Shown in pieces: positions 36,486 to 45,521 of a stretch of 51,200 bases of DNA. The notes under the pieces were generated by a model. The model was not told where the DNA came from. It searched no databases and was given only the letters and a program-made list of their open reading frames with translations. The DNA comes from a virus. Lineage: Duplodnaviria > Caudoviricetes. Positions within the stretch are counted from its first letter, which is position 1; the number at the start of each line of letters is the position of its first letter. Position numbers and translations under genes: made by a program. The stretch spans positions 1-51,200 of the IMG/VR virus record IMGVR_UViG_3300022187_000041; one strand, 5' to 3'.

Positions 36486-36761
36486 ATGAGTGATCTTAAA
36501 CTCCCTGTAGCACTTGTAGCAGCGATGGCTATACAACTTGTAGCTGCTGTGTGGTGGGTATCCAAACAGGCCCACACTATTGAGGTACTACAGCAAGACG
36601 TTGTAGATATGAAGACTTATATGAACTCTATGGACATAGACTTAGAGGCTTTGATAGAGTTCGCTACGTTTACAGAGAACAGGTGGGCTGAAGAGTACAG
36701 CAATGATTTGACTTACGAGAGATCCTTTGGTACTAAGGAACCTGTGATTGAAATCGACTAG
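36486..36761 (+). CDS. Membrane-anchored coiled-coil protein
   Basis: N-terminal TM (LPVALVAAMAIQLVAAVWW). Confidence 0.7.
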   Translation: MSDLKLPVALVAAMAIQLVAAVWWVSKQAHTIEVLQQDVVDMKTYMNSMDIDLEALIEFATFTENRWAEEYSNDLTYERSFGTKEPVIEID

Positions 36762-36852
36762 CACTAAGAAGCTACCTAAACGTAAACGTCCAATACAGAA
36801 ACTGAAGAAGAAACGCTATCTTCAGAAAAAACAAGAGAAGAGCAAGCATTGA
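36748..36852 (+). CDS. Very basic 34-aa peptide, not in ORF track
   Basis: TTG start with RBS AAGGA; MKSTSTKKLPKRKRPIQKLKKKRYLQKKQEKSKH; overlaps next start. Confidence 0.5.
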   Translation: MKSTSTKKLPKRKRPIQKLKKKRYLQKKQEKSKH

Positions 36853-37100
36853 CTTTAATATCTCACTTTCCTTTACCTAGCTTTCCTTTTCAGACTCACG
36901 AGAACATAGTCTTTGAGAAGGCTGACAAAGATAGGTCTAGTAGGAACAATGAAGAGTATAAGCCAGAGCAGCCTAACTTAGTCACACCTGATACACCAGT
37001 AGAAGACTTGAAGTTAGTCAATCAGATGTACGCCTATAACCCTGACCCTAATAAGCTGCGTAAGCCTGACGGTCAGATAGTTAACTTTATTATAGCTTAA
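36849..37100 (+). CDS. Hypothetical protein
   Basis: ORF track; TTG start. Confidence 0.65.
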   Translation: MTLISHFPLPSFPFQTHENIVFEKADKDRSSRNNEEYKPEQPNLVTPDTPVEDLKLVNQMYAYNPDPNKLRKPDGQIVNFIIA

Positions 37101-37105
37101 CTTAT

Positions 37106-37786
37106 ATGCCGTACTTAACGAGTAGCATACCGTATTTCAAAGCGTGGGTACGCCGTGAATACACGAAGAACTTAGAGGATTATCATGGAGAGTATCTTCA
37201 CTGCATGGTCATTGGTGTTACTACCATGCCAAACAGAACGCTCAGCTTTCAAGTCATTTTTACAGGCTGCGAGTCAGACTTCACAGAAGACGAAGAAAAC
37301 GTCCACGGTGGGGCTATGTGGGCTAGGATGCCGCTCACTGCGTTGGTTGCGGATACACCTCTGGCTGAGTGGCCTAACGAGTTACCCCCGTACTTAGCTC
37401 AGCCGTGGGACTGTATGTCTCACACACATAGTGTATATAAGTTAGAACGTGCAAGCCCAGCGCCGTGGATAGCTAAGGTAGACGGAGAGTTCTACCCGGC
37501 TAAGTACTACTTCACAGTAGACTACACGGATAACGAGGTAGCTGACGATCCAGCACAGCATAAACAGAGTCACGTATTAGAATTACTTGATGCGGGTCCA
37601 TATACAGGTAACATCGTTGCGTTACCCAATAACAGAGTGAGAGTAACTCACCCAGCGTGGTTTGAGACAGGCGAGGGAGCACCAGACTTCAAGCCTAACC
37701 AGCACACATATCACTCTAAGCAAGACGTAGATTACATATGGGATACGCAACGAGTGTTTAACAATCTGTATAACGAGGAAGACTGA
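37106..37786 (+). CDS. Conserved marine phage hypothetical protein
   Basis: HGGAMWARMP, QPWDC.S, Y.FTVDY, QHKQSHV, ALPNNRVR. Confidence 0.8.
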   Translation: MPYLTSSIPYFKAWVRREYTKNLEDYHGEYLHCMVIGVTTMPNRTLSFQVIFTGCESDFTEDEENVHGGAMWARMPLTALVADTPLAEWPNELPPYLAQPWDCMSHTHSVYKLERASPAPWIAKVDGEFYPAKYYFTVDYTDNEVADDPAQHKQSHVLELLDAGPYTGNIVALPNNRVRVTHPAWFETGEGAPDFKPNQHTYHSKQDVDYIWDTQRVFNNLYNEED

Positions 37787-37787
37787 C

Positions 37788-38153
37788 ATGATGATGGGAA
37801 AGAAAAAGAAGGGCTACGCTGCAGGTGGGGCATTGAAGAAACCTAGTGCTTCAGAGAAGGGTGTAAAGAAGTTACCCAAGACTGTACGTAACAAAATGGG
37901 CTACATGAAAGATGGTGGCAAGGTTAAGAAAAAAGGTTACGCTATGGGTGGTATGACAGGTTCGTACAACCCTACTCAGGCTGACATGCAGCGTCAACAG
38001 AATATGATGCAAGCTCAGCAACCTAAGCCAGCTATGAAAAATGGCGGCATGATGAAAAAGAAAAAAGGTTACGCTAAGGGCGGTAAGGTAATGACGTACA
38101 ACTTAGGTGGTATGGTCAAAGCACAAACTGACAACCGTAAGAACAAGAAGTAA
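37788..38153 (+). CDS. Lys/Gly/Met-rich protein with KKKGYAxGG repeats
   Basis: Repeated GYAxGG / MKxGG motifs; RBS GAGGA. Confidence 0.75.
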   Translation: MMMGKKKKGYAAGGALKKPSASEKGVKKLPKTVRNKMGYMKDGGKVKKKGYAMGGMTGSYNPTQADMQRQQNMMQAQQPKPAMKNGGMMKKKKGYAKGGKVMTYNLGGMVKAQTDNRKNKK

Positions 38154-38159
38154 CACTAG

Positions 38160-38519
38160 ATGCCTGTACTTAATAATGGATCTAAGTTTGTAACACACGC
38201 TACTGCTCTGACAGGTACATCTGACACGGATTGTTACGTTGTACCTGATCACTTTTCATCACACCTAGAGCACTTGATGATTACAAACAGTGATTCTAGT
38301 AATAGAAACTACACTATTAAGTACTACGAGAAGGCAGCGAATACTACGTTTACTTTGTTTACAGCACATGCAGTTGCAGGTAAAGGTGCTGAATCTGTGT
38401 TTACTGTAGACAAACCTTTGTTCTTACACGCTGAAGACAAGATAATTGTAGCAGCGGGTACAGCAGATACGCTTACCGTTATTGTAGCTGCAGAGGAGTT
38501 CTTTGATCCTAATCGCTAA
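38160..38519 (+). CDS. Hypothetical beta-rich protein (possibly structural)
   Basis: ORF track. Confidence 0.7.
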   Translation: MPVLNNGSKFVTHATALTGTSDTDCYVVPDHFSSHLEHLMITNSDSSNRNYTIKYYEKAANTTFTLFTAHAVAGKGAESVFTVDKPLFLHAEDKIIVAAGTADTLTVIVAAEEFFDPNR

Positions 38520-38612
38520 TTGCATAACGGGATTGCAAACTTGTATGTAGTACGCTAACATAAAATATGATATAACTATCTCCACAGCACATAAGCAAAA
38601 GGAGATAGTGCA

Positions 38613-38753
38613 ATGTTTAAACGTATATTAAAGCGGTTCCAAGAGAACCAACAACGCAGAGCAGACTATTGGATACTCATGAATTTGAGTGACAAAGAAC
38701 TGCACGATATGGGGATCAGTCGTGGCGAAGTCAGGCAAAAAGTCTACGGTTAA
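38613..38753 (+). CDS. DUF1127 (YjiS-like) small protein, not in ORF track
   Basis: RBS AAGGAG; MFKRILKRFQENQQRRADYWILMNLSDKELHDMGISRGEVRQKVYG has the LSDxxLxDxGxxR signature. Confidence 0.85.
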   Translation: MFKRILKRFQENQQRRADYWILMNLSDKELHDMGISRGEVRQKVYG

Positions 38754-38907
38754 TGCAGCGGGTAATTATACTAAGCCTACTATGCGTAAGCGCTTGGTTG
38801 CTTCCGTCAAAGCTGGCGGGAAAGGTGGAAAGCCCGGACAATGGAGCGCCAGGAAAGCCCAAATGGTTGCTAAGCAGTACAAAGCTAAGGGCGGGGGTTA
38901 TAAGTAA
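38722..38907 (+). CDS. Small basic conserved phage protein
   Basis: VNAAGNYTKP.MRK...GG.PGQWSARKAQ..AK.YK..GGGY; GTG start refined from track ORF 38689. Confidence 0.75.
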   Translation: MAKSGKKSTVNAAGNYTKPTMRKRLVASVKAGGKGGKPGQWSARKAQMVAKQYKAKGGGYK

Positions 38908-39155
38908 TGGCCCTCGCTAAATCACAGAAAAGTCTAAAGTCATGGACGAAACAGAAGTGGCGCACTAAGAGTGGCAAGCCTAGTGCTAAAACTGGTGAGC
39001 GGTATCTACCTGATAAGGCTATTAAGTCTCTTAGCGATAGTGAGTATGCCGCTACAACCAGAGCTAAACGAAAAGGCACTAAGGCAGGTAAGCAGCATGT
39101 GGCTCAGCCTAAGAAGATTGCAGCCAAAACCAAAGCCCACAGGAAGATAAAATGA
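38907..39155 (+). CDS. Small basic conserved phage protein (DUF5872-like)
   Basis: SQKSLK.WT.QKWRTKSGKPS..TGERYLP. Confidence 0.75.
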   Translation: MALAKSQKSLKSWTKQKWRTKSGKPSAKTGERYLPDKAIKSLSDSEYAATTRAKRKGTKAGKQHVAQPKKIAAKTKAHRKIK

Positions 39156-39529
39156 AACGAAACCTTACGGAAAAACAAAGTAAGTTCTTAGAGGTTCTCT
39201 TTGAAGAGGCAGCAGGGGATGTTGTACTCGCCAAGAAGCTTGCAGGTTATAACCCTGAGTCATCTACTACATCTATTGTGGAGTCATTGAAAGATGAAAT
39301 ATTTGACGCAACTAAATCATATATGTCAAGAGTTGGCCCTAAGGCTGCAGTTGCATACGCCAGTGCTTTGGACGATCCTACCCAGCTAGGCGTTAAGGAA
39401 CGCATGGTAGCTGCAGGTCAGATCTTAGATCGTGCAGGTATTGTTAAAACTGAGAAGGTAGCAGTAGAGTCAAGCGGTGGTTTGTTTATATTACCGCCCA
39501 AGAATGCAGATGCTTCTGAGGCTACGTAA
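39152..39529 (+). CDS. Putative terminase small subunit
   Basis: LTEKQ..FL...A..AGY HTH-like start; ILDRAG; upstream of TerL. Confidence 0.6.
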   Translation: MKRNLTEKQSKFLEVLFEEAAGDVVLAKKLAGYNPESSTTSIVESLKDEIFDATKSYMSRVGPKAAVAYASALDDPTQLGVKERMVAAGQILDRAGIVKTEKVAVESSGGLFILPPKNADASEAT

Positions 39530-39974
39530 AGAGCGCCCACTCCAAAGTGAGTACTGGATGCTACCCAAAGTACCTTTTAAGGTAAAGCTTTGGCAACGCA
39601 TACCACGTACTAGCAACTACGTACCCTTCGGCTATGAGGTGGACCCTGAAGATGAGGAATGGCTGAACCCTATACCTAGAGAGTTAGAACTGTTAGAGTT
39701 AGCTAAGAAGCACTTGAAGCAGTACTCTTTAAGACAAGTATCAGCGTGGCTGACTACTCAGTCAGGTAAAAGCATAACTCACGATGGCCTGAAGAAGAGA
39801 ATAGATGTCGAAAGAAAAAGAAAGCGTCTTGCTGCAATTAAGCGCTACTATGCCAAGCGGCTCCAAAAAGCGTTACAACAAGTCGAAGCGCTTGAAAAAA
39901 ACTACACAGGCTACTTCATCTACGAAGACGAAGAAGGAACCGACAGTAGTGACACCCAGCCCAGCGCAGGTTAA
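39510..39974 (+). CDS. Hypothetical DNA-binding protein (PFGY plus HTH-like segment)
   Basis: VPFGYE...YSLRQVSAWL....G..ITH.GL.KR. Confidence 0.65.
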   Translation: MLLRLRKERPLQSEYWMLPKVPFKVKLWQRIPRTSNYVPFGYEVDPEDEEWLNPIPRELELLELAKKHLKQYSLRQVSAWLTTQSGKSITHDGLKKRIDVERKRKRLAAIKRYYAKRLQKALQQVEALEKNYTGYFIYEDEEGTDSSDTQPSAG

Positions 39975-41394
39975 GCCACCTGAGTATGAGGTAGAGGAAG
40001 CACAGAACATTGTCTTCAGGCCAAACCCTGGACCTCAGACGCAGTATCTAGCTTCTAGTGAACGTGAAGTTTTATATGGTGGAGCAGCGGGTGGCGGTAA
40101 GAGTTACGCTACATTAGCTGACCCTCTGCGTAACATGAACAGTCCAGACTTTAGTGGTCTACTTGTACGTCACACGACAGAGGAACTTAGGGAACTCATA
40201 CAGAAAAGCCAAGAGTTGTACCCTAAGGCTATACCAGGAATTAAGTGGTCTGAGCGTAAGAGCCAATGGACTACACCAAGAGGCGGTACACTTTGGATGT
40301 CGTACTTGGATAGAGATACAGACGTTATGCGCTACCAAGGACAGGCGTTCAACTATGTAGCGTTTGACGAGTTGACGCAGTGGCAGTCACCCTTTGCTTG
40401 GGACTACATGCGTTCACGTTTACGTAGTGCAAACAAAGACTTAGGTTTGTACATGCGAGCTACGACTAACCCAGGTGGGATCGGACATGCTTGGGTAAAG
40501 AAGATGTTCATTGATCCAGCGGCACCTAATACGCCTTTCTGGGCAACGAACATAGAGACTGGTGAGGTATTACGCTTCCCGTCAGGGCATAGTAAAGCTG
40601 GTGAACCCCTGTTTAAAAGAAGGTTTATACCTGCCAGCCTCTTTGACAACCCGTATCTAGCTGAGAGTGGTGACTATGAAGCAATGCTTTTGTCATTACC
40701 TGAGCATCAACGTAAGCAACTACTAGAGGGTAATTGGGATGTTAACGAAGGCGCAGCCTTTCCTGAGTGGAACAGAGCCGTACATGTCGTGGAGCCTTTT
40801 AAAATTCCCGCAAGTTGGACTAAGTTTAGAGCTTGCGACTACGGCTACGGAAGTTTCACAGGCGTTGTCTGGTTTGCTGTATCACCCAATGAACAGCTTG
40901 TTGTTTACAGAGAGCTTTATTGTTCTAAAGTTACAGCTACTGATTTAGCGGATATGATACTTGAAGCCGAGAGTGGTGATGGAAGTATAAGGTACGGCGT
41001 GTTGGATAGTTCCCTGTGGCACAAAAGAGGCGACACTGGCCCTTCCTTGGCTGAGCAGATGAACCAAAAGGGATGTAGGTGGAGGCCTTCGGACCGTTCA
41101 CGAGGCTCAAGGGTTGCAGGTAAAAACGAGCTACACCGCCGTTTACAGGTTGATGAGTATACTCAGGAGCCAAGGCTGGTGTTCTTTTCAACCTGTACTC
41201 ATTCTATAGCTCAGCTACCGTCTATTCCTTTGGACAAGAGAAACCCAGAAGATGTAGACACAAATGCAGAAGACCACTTGTACGATGCAATACGGTATGG
41301 TATAATGACAAGACCAAGAAGTTCTTTGTGGGACTATAATCCTGCTTCACATAGATCTGGCTTTCAAGCTTCAGATTCAACCTTTGGATACTAA
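39805..41394 (+). CDS. terL: Terminase large subunit
   Basis: LYGGAAGGGKS Walker A, FDELT Walker B, TTNPGG, DYGY, EDH.YDA.RY; true start may be GTG 39949. Confidence 0.95.
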   Translation: MSKEKESVLLQLSATMPSGSKKRYNKSKRLKKTTQATSSTKTKKEPTVVTPSPAQVKPPEYEVEEAQNIVFRPNPGPQTQYLASSEREVLYGGAAGGGKSYATLADPLRNMNSPDFSGLLVRHTTEELRELIQKSQELYPKAIPGIKWSERKSQWTTPRGGTLWMSYLDRDTDVMRYQGQAFNYVAFDELTQWQSPFAWDYMRSRLRSANKDLGLYMRATTNPGGIGHAWVKKMFIDPAAPNTPFWATNIETGEVLRFPSGHSKAGEPLFKRRFIPASLFDNPYLAESGDYEAMLLSLPEHQRKQLLEGNWDVNEGAAFPEWNRAVHVVEPFKIPASWTKFRACDYGYGSFTGVVWFAVSPNEQLVVYRELYCSKVTATDLADMILEAESGDGSIRYGVLDSSLWHKRGDTGPSLAEQMNQKGCRWRPSDRSRGSRVAGKNELHRRLQVDEYTQEPRLVFFSTCTHSIAQLPSIPLDKRNPEDVDTNAEDHLYDAIRYGIMTRPRSSLWDYNPASHRSGFQASDSTFGY

Positions 41395-41399
41395 AACAT

Positions 41400-43520
41400 A
41401 TGGAACAAGACGATTTATTTGAAACAGATGACGTAGCCGTTATACAGGACGGTGAGGAGTTAGATGCCTCTAGCGTAGTGTCTTATGTAGAGTCTCGCTT
41501 CAAACGTGCAGAGGATGCACGGTACGTAGATGAAAGTCGGTGGTTACGTGCATATCGTAACTACAGAGGTTTGTACGGTAGTGATGTACAATTCACAGAA
41601 ACTGAAAAGTCTCGTGTGTTTGTTAAGGTTACTAAGACTAAAACACTAGCAGCGTATGGTCAGATTGTAGATGTACTTTTTGGTAGCTCACGGTTTCCAC
41701 TCACAGTAAACCCTACAACGTTACCTGAGGGCGTAGCTGAAGCTATGCATATAAGTATAAACCCTCAGGCTGAACAAGCCATAGATCCTTTGCGTTCTGC
41801 CTTTGAGGAAGAGCCTAAGGTTAGCTTCTTGTTTGACCCTGATGAAAAGCTCAAGCCTGGCGAGACTATGTATGACCGCATGAAACGCATGGGTCCACTA
41901 AAGAATAAACTTGAGGCTGTAGGTGAGAAGATCGTAGAAGGTCCAGGCACAACTCAAGATACAGTAACATTCCATCCTGCTATGGTAGCAGCTAAGAAGA
42001 TGGAAAAGAAAATACATGACCAGTTAGAAGAGAGCGGAGCTAATAAACAGCTTCGCCATACTGCTTTTGAGATGGCACTATTTGGAACGGGTATTATGAA
42101 AGGCCCGTTTGCTATAGATAAAGAGTACCCTAATTGGGATGGAGAGACAGGTGAGTATGACCCTGTTATCAAAACTGTACCGTCTACAAGTCACGTATCT
42201 ATATGGAACTTCTATCCTGACCCAGATGCGTATAACATGGATGAGGCTGAGTACGTAGTAGAGCGTCACCGTATGACACGCTCACAGATGCGTAGCTTGA
42301 AGTCTCGCCCTTTCTTCCGTAACGAATCAATTGACAATGCTATTGCTGCAGGTGAGTCCTACGATAAGAAGTATTGGGAACAGGACATGGAAGATGACAG
42401 TGTGTCAAACACTGCACCTGAACGTTATGAAGTACTAGAGTTCTGGGGTTATGTAGACACAGACATCCTAGAAGAGAATGGTGTACGCATTCCTCGTGAG
42501 TTGAAAGATTCAGAGCAGCTAAGTGTAAACGTATGGATTTGTAACGGAGAAGTACTACGCTTGGTACTCAACCCATTCAAACCTGCACGTATTCCTTACT
42601 ATGCTGTACCTTATGAGTTAAACCCATACAGCTTCTTTGGTGTAGGTATTGCTGAAAACATGGACGATACGCAGACACTGATGAATGGTTTCATGCGTAT
42701 GGCGATAGATAATGCTGCACTCAGTGGTAACTTAATCATTGAAGTTGATGAAACAAATCTGGTCCCAGGGCAGGACTTATCTGTGTACCCTGGCAAGGTG
42801 TTTCGCAGACAGGGGGGAGCACCAGGACAAGGCATTTTTGGGACAAAGTTCCCCAACGTTGCTGGCGAGAACATGCAACTCTTTGATAAGGCAAGGGTAT
42901 TAGCTGATGAGAGTACAGGCTTCCCAAGTTTTGCACACGGTCAGACAGGTGTATCAGGAGTGGGGCGAACTGCTTCTGGCATTTCTATGCTTATGTCTGC
43001 AGCTAATGGTAGTATACGAAATGTTGTCAAGAATGTCGATGACTATTTGATTGCCCCACTAGGACGTGCATTCTTTGGTTTCAACATGCAGTTTGACTTT
43101 GATAAAGAAATCAAGGGTGACTTAGAAGTTAAGGCATCAGGTACAGAAAGCTTGATGGCTAACGAGGTACGCTCACAGCGCTTGATGCAGTTCATGGGTG
43201 TAGCATCTAATCCAGCACTCATGCCATTCGTTAAGAGTGACTACATTATTCGTGAGATTGCTAAGTCTATGGATCTTGATCCTGATAAAGTTACTAACTC
43301 TTTGGGTGACGCAGCTATACAAGCTGAGATCCTCAAGAAGTTTACAACACCACCACCCCAACCTGAAGAGGCAGGACCACAAGGTCCACCCGCACCACCC
43401 AATCCAGGTGCAGCCCCAGAGCAAGCAGGAGTAGGCGTGAGTGACACAACAGGCGCTGGTGGGGGTAACATAGGCACAGGTACAGTACCCACTCCTGGTG
43501 AGCAAGGATTTACTGGCTAA
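41400..43520 (+). CDS. Portal protein
   Basis: 706 aa after TerL; FGTGIMKGP, YPDP, PY..NPY.FFG.G, RTASG.SML. Confidence 0.9.
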   Translation: MEQDDLFETDDVAVIQDGEELDASSVVSYVESRFKRAEDARYVDESRWLRAYRNYRGLYGSDVQFTETEKSRVFVKVTKTKTLAAYGQIVDVLFGSSRFPLTVNPTTLPEGVAEAMHISINPQAEQAIDPLRSAFEEEPKVSFLFDPDEKLKPGETMYDRMKRMGPLKNKLEAVGEKIVEGPGTTQDTVTFHPAMVAAKKMEKKIHDQLEESGANKQLRHTAFEMALFGTGIMKGPFAIDKEYPNWDGETGEYDPVIKTVPSTSHVSIWNFYPDPDAYNMDEAEYVVERHRMTRSQMRSLKSRPFFRNESIDNAIAAGESYDKKYWEQDMEDDSVSNTAPERYEVLEFWGYVDTDILEENGVRIPRELKDSEQLSVNVWICNGEVLRLVLNPFKPARIPYYAVPYELNPYSFFGVGIAENMDDTQTLMNGFMRMAIDNAALSGNLIIEVDETNLVPGQDLSVYPGKVFRRQGGAPGQGIFGTKFPNVAGENMQLFDKARVLADESTGFPSFAHGQTGVSGVGRTASGISMLMSAANGSIRNVVKNVDDYLIAPLGRAFFGFNMQFDFDKEIKGDLEVKASGTESLMANEVRSQRLMQFMGVASNPALMPFVKSDYIIREIAKSMDLDPDKVTNSLGDAAIQAEILKKFTTPPPQPEEAGPQGPPAPPNPGAAPEQAGVGVSDTTGAGGGNIGTGTVPTPGEQGFTG

Positions 43521-43708
43521 TGTCTATTAAGAAGTTAGTAAACGACAAACCTTTGTGGGATGACTTTGTTGAGACTATCAACAAGAAGATAGACATAGCC
43601 CAGCGCAGGTTAGAGCAGGAGAGTACTATGGAAGGTATGTATCGTGCTCAGGGTGAAATAGCTGCATTACGTAGGCTCATATATTTAAGGGAAGAAGTAA
43701 ATGCTTGA
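43520..43708 (+). CDS. Conserved hypothetical protein after portal
   Basis: YRAQG.I.ALR.L..LR..V. Confidence 0.8.
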   Translation: MSIKKLVNDKPLWDDFVETINKKIDIAQRRLEQESTMEGMYRAQGEIAALRRLIYLREEVNA

Positions 43709-45470
43709 TGACAACAAAGCTCAGATGGAGACGGACCTTATAATGAATGAGCAGAAAGATCCTGTTAGTGGGAACACTGCTCCTATAGGTGCTAAACCTA
43801 GTGAGGTACGTGATGATATTGACATTCGTGTCAGTGAAGGTGAGTTTGTAGTAAATGCACAAACGGTTAGATACTTCGGAGAGGAATTTTTTAATGAGTT
43901 ACAAGAAGCTGCCGCACAAGGTTTTGAACGGATTAAAGAAGGTGATGAGTTACCTTTCAGAGATGATGAACTGGATGTTGACGAAACTGAAGATCAAGAA
44001 GTAAAACCAGAAGGCTTTGCCTATGGTGGTGCTGTAAAGGGTTACGCTGAAGGTGATATTGTAGTACCTCAACCTGTAGGCGGTGGTTATGGCGGCTACG
44101 GTGGTACAGGTGCTTTGTTTGGAGGCTTTGAATCTAAGACATATATTAACCCTAAAACAAATCAGAAGATGATTGTGTTCTTCTTTAATGGTAGACCCAT
44201 GAAGAGAATACCCCCTGGTTTTGTTTTGATGGGTGCAACCCCTGCAGAGGAACAAGCACGAGCTACACAAGCACCTAGAGATGATGACGATGATGATAAG
44301 CCGAAGCAGGAGTCTGACCCTACATGGAGAAACACTCCTGTAGAGGAGTGGACTACAGACATGTACGAAAACTACTCTAATTATAATCAGCTAAAAACAA
44401 ATGCAGGTGATCTGTCTTTACTTGAAAAGTCTTTAATAGGTCTTGTTGGTGGTGCAATTGGCGGTCCTGCAGGTGCTATTGCTTTGACTGAATTGGCACG
44501 AAGAGAAAATAAAAAGATAGCTGAAAAAGTTGTAACTAATGTTATGGGTATGGTTGACAGTGATAAAAACCCTGATGGTTCTTCTTTAGATACAGGTACT
44601 TTAAGTATATTAAATACAGCTAGAGTAAATGCTAATTACAATATTATGAATATTGATAGTAAAGACATGTTAGGATTTACTAAAGAAGATGCTGGACCTA
44701 TTGCTTCTGGAACAAAAGCATCACAGGATATACTAGACCAACAACGTAAAATAGTTGAAAAAGTTAAAGTACTTGACCCAGAGAAAAAGTCTGACTTCTA
44801 TAAAGATACATATGATGGTGGCTTGGGTGCTTTCTATGGTGGTTCAGAAGAAGCTGAGACTGCTCTTATCACAGGTGCTACAACTGTTTCTGGTAGAGAT
44901 GACGATGATGACGATAGACTAGTAGCAGGTACTACAGGTTCAGGTGTTGGTTATACTACGTCTACTACAGAGTCTGGTGGGACTAAATACACATTTGATT
45001 CTGAAGATGATGATGACTTTGATTGGGATGCATTTGAAGCTGATACAACTGTAGGAACTAATGTAAGTAACGTAGGCAACTCAGGTACAGATAGTGATGA
45101 CAATGATAAGTCAAGCGATAAAATACTGTGTGACTTAATATATCGCTACGGTTACCTAGACGAAGACATCTGGCGTTTAGACGAAGCGTTTGGTGATCGT
45201 GTTGCACTAGAAGATCCAGAGTTACTAGAAGGCTATCACACATGGGCTAAACCTATGGTAGCTTGGATAGAAAAAGAAACCTTCTTATCTAACCTATATC
45301 TTAAATACTGGTGTGTACCATTTACACGGCGCTGGGCAAATCACATTGCTCATGTAATGGAACCAGAAAACTATAAACCTGACTATGTAGGCAAACTTAT
45401 GCTTGCTGTAGGTGTACCTATCTCTAGAGCTATTTACAAGCTAAAGGGTAGAAAACTAAAAACTGTTTAA
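43701..45470 (+). CDS. Putative structural protein with variable centre and distinct C-terminal domain
   Basis: DPVSGN..P.G....EVRDDI....SEGEFVV; C-terminal KILC...GYHTWAKP. Confidence 0.75.
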   Translation: MLDDNKAQMETDLIMNEQKDPVSGNTAPIGAKPSEVRDDIDIRVSEGEFVVNAQTVRYFGEEFFNELQEAAAQGFERIKEGDELPFRDDELDVDETEDQEVKPEGFAYGGAVKGYAEGDIVVPQPVGGGYGGYGGTGALFGGFESKTYINPKTNQKMIVFFFNGRPMKRIPPGFVLMGATPAEEQARATQAPRDDDDDDKPKQESDPTWRNTPVEEWTTDMYENYSNYNQLKTNAGDLSLLEKSLIGLVGGAIGGPAGAIALTELARRENKKIAEKVVTNVMGMVDSDKNPDGSSLDTGTLSILNTARVNANYNIMNIDSKDMLGFTKEDAGPIASGTKASQDILDQQRKIVEKVKVLDPEKKSDFYKDTYDGGLGAFYGGSEEAETALITGATTVSGRDDDDDDRLVAGTTGSGVGYTTSTTESGGTKYTFDSEDDDDFDWDAFEADTTVGTNVSNVGNSGTDSDDNDKSSDKILCDLIYRYGYLDEDIWRLDEAFGDRVALEDPELLEGYHTWAKPMVAWIEKETFLSNLYLKYWCVPFTRRWANHIAHVMEPENYKPDYVGKLMLAVGVPISRAIYKLKGRKLKTV

Positions 45471-45521
45471 TAACTATAAGGCTACCCAGCTTAGGCTGGC
45501 CCCAACATAAAGGAAACAATT

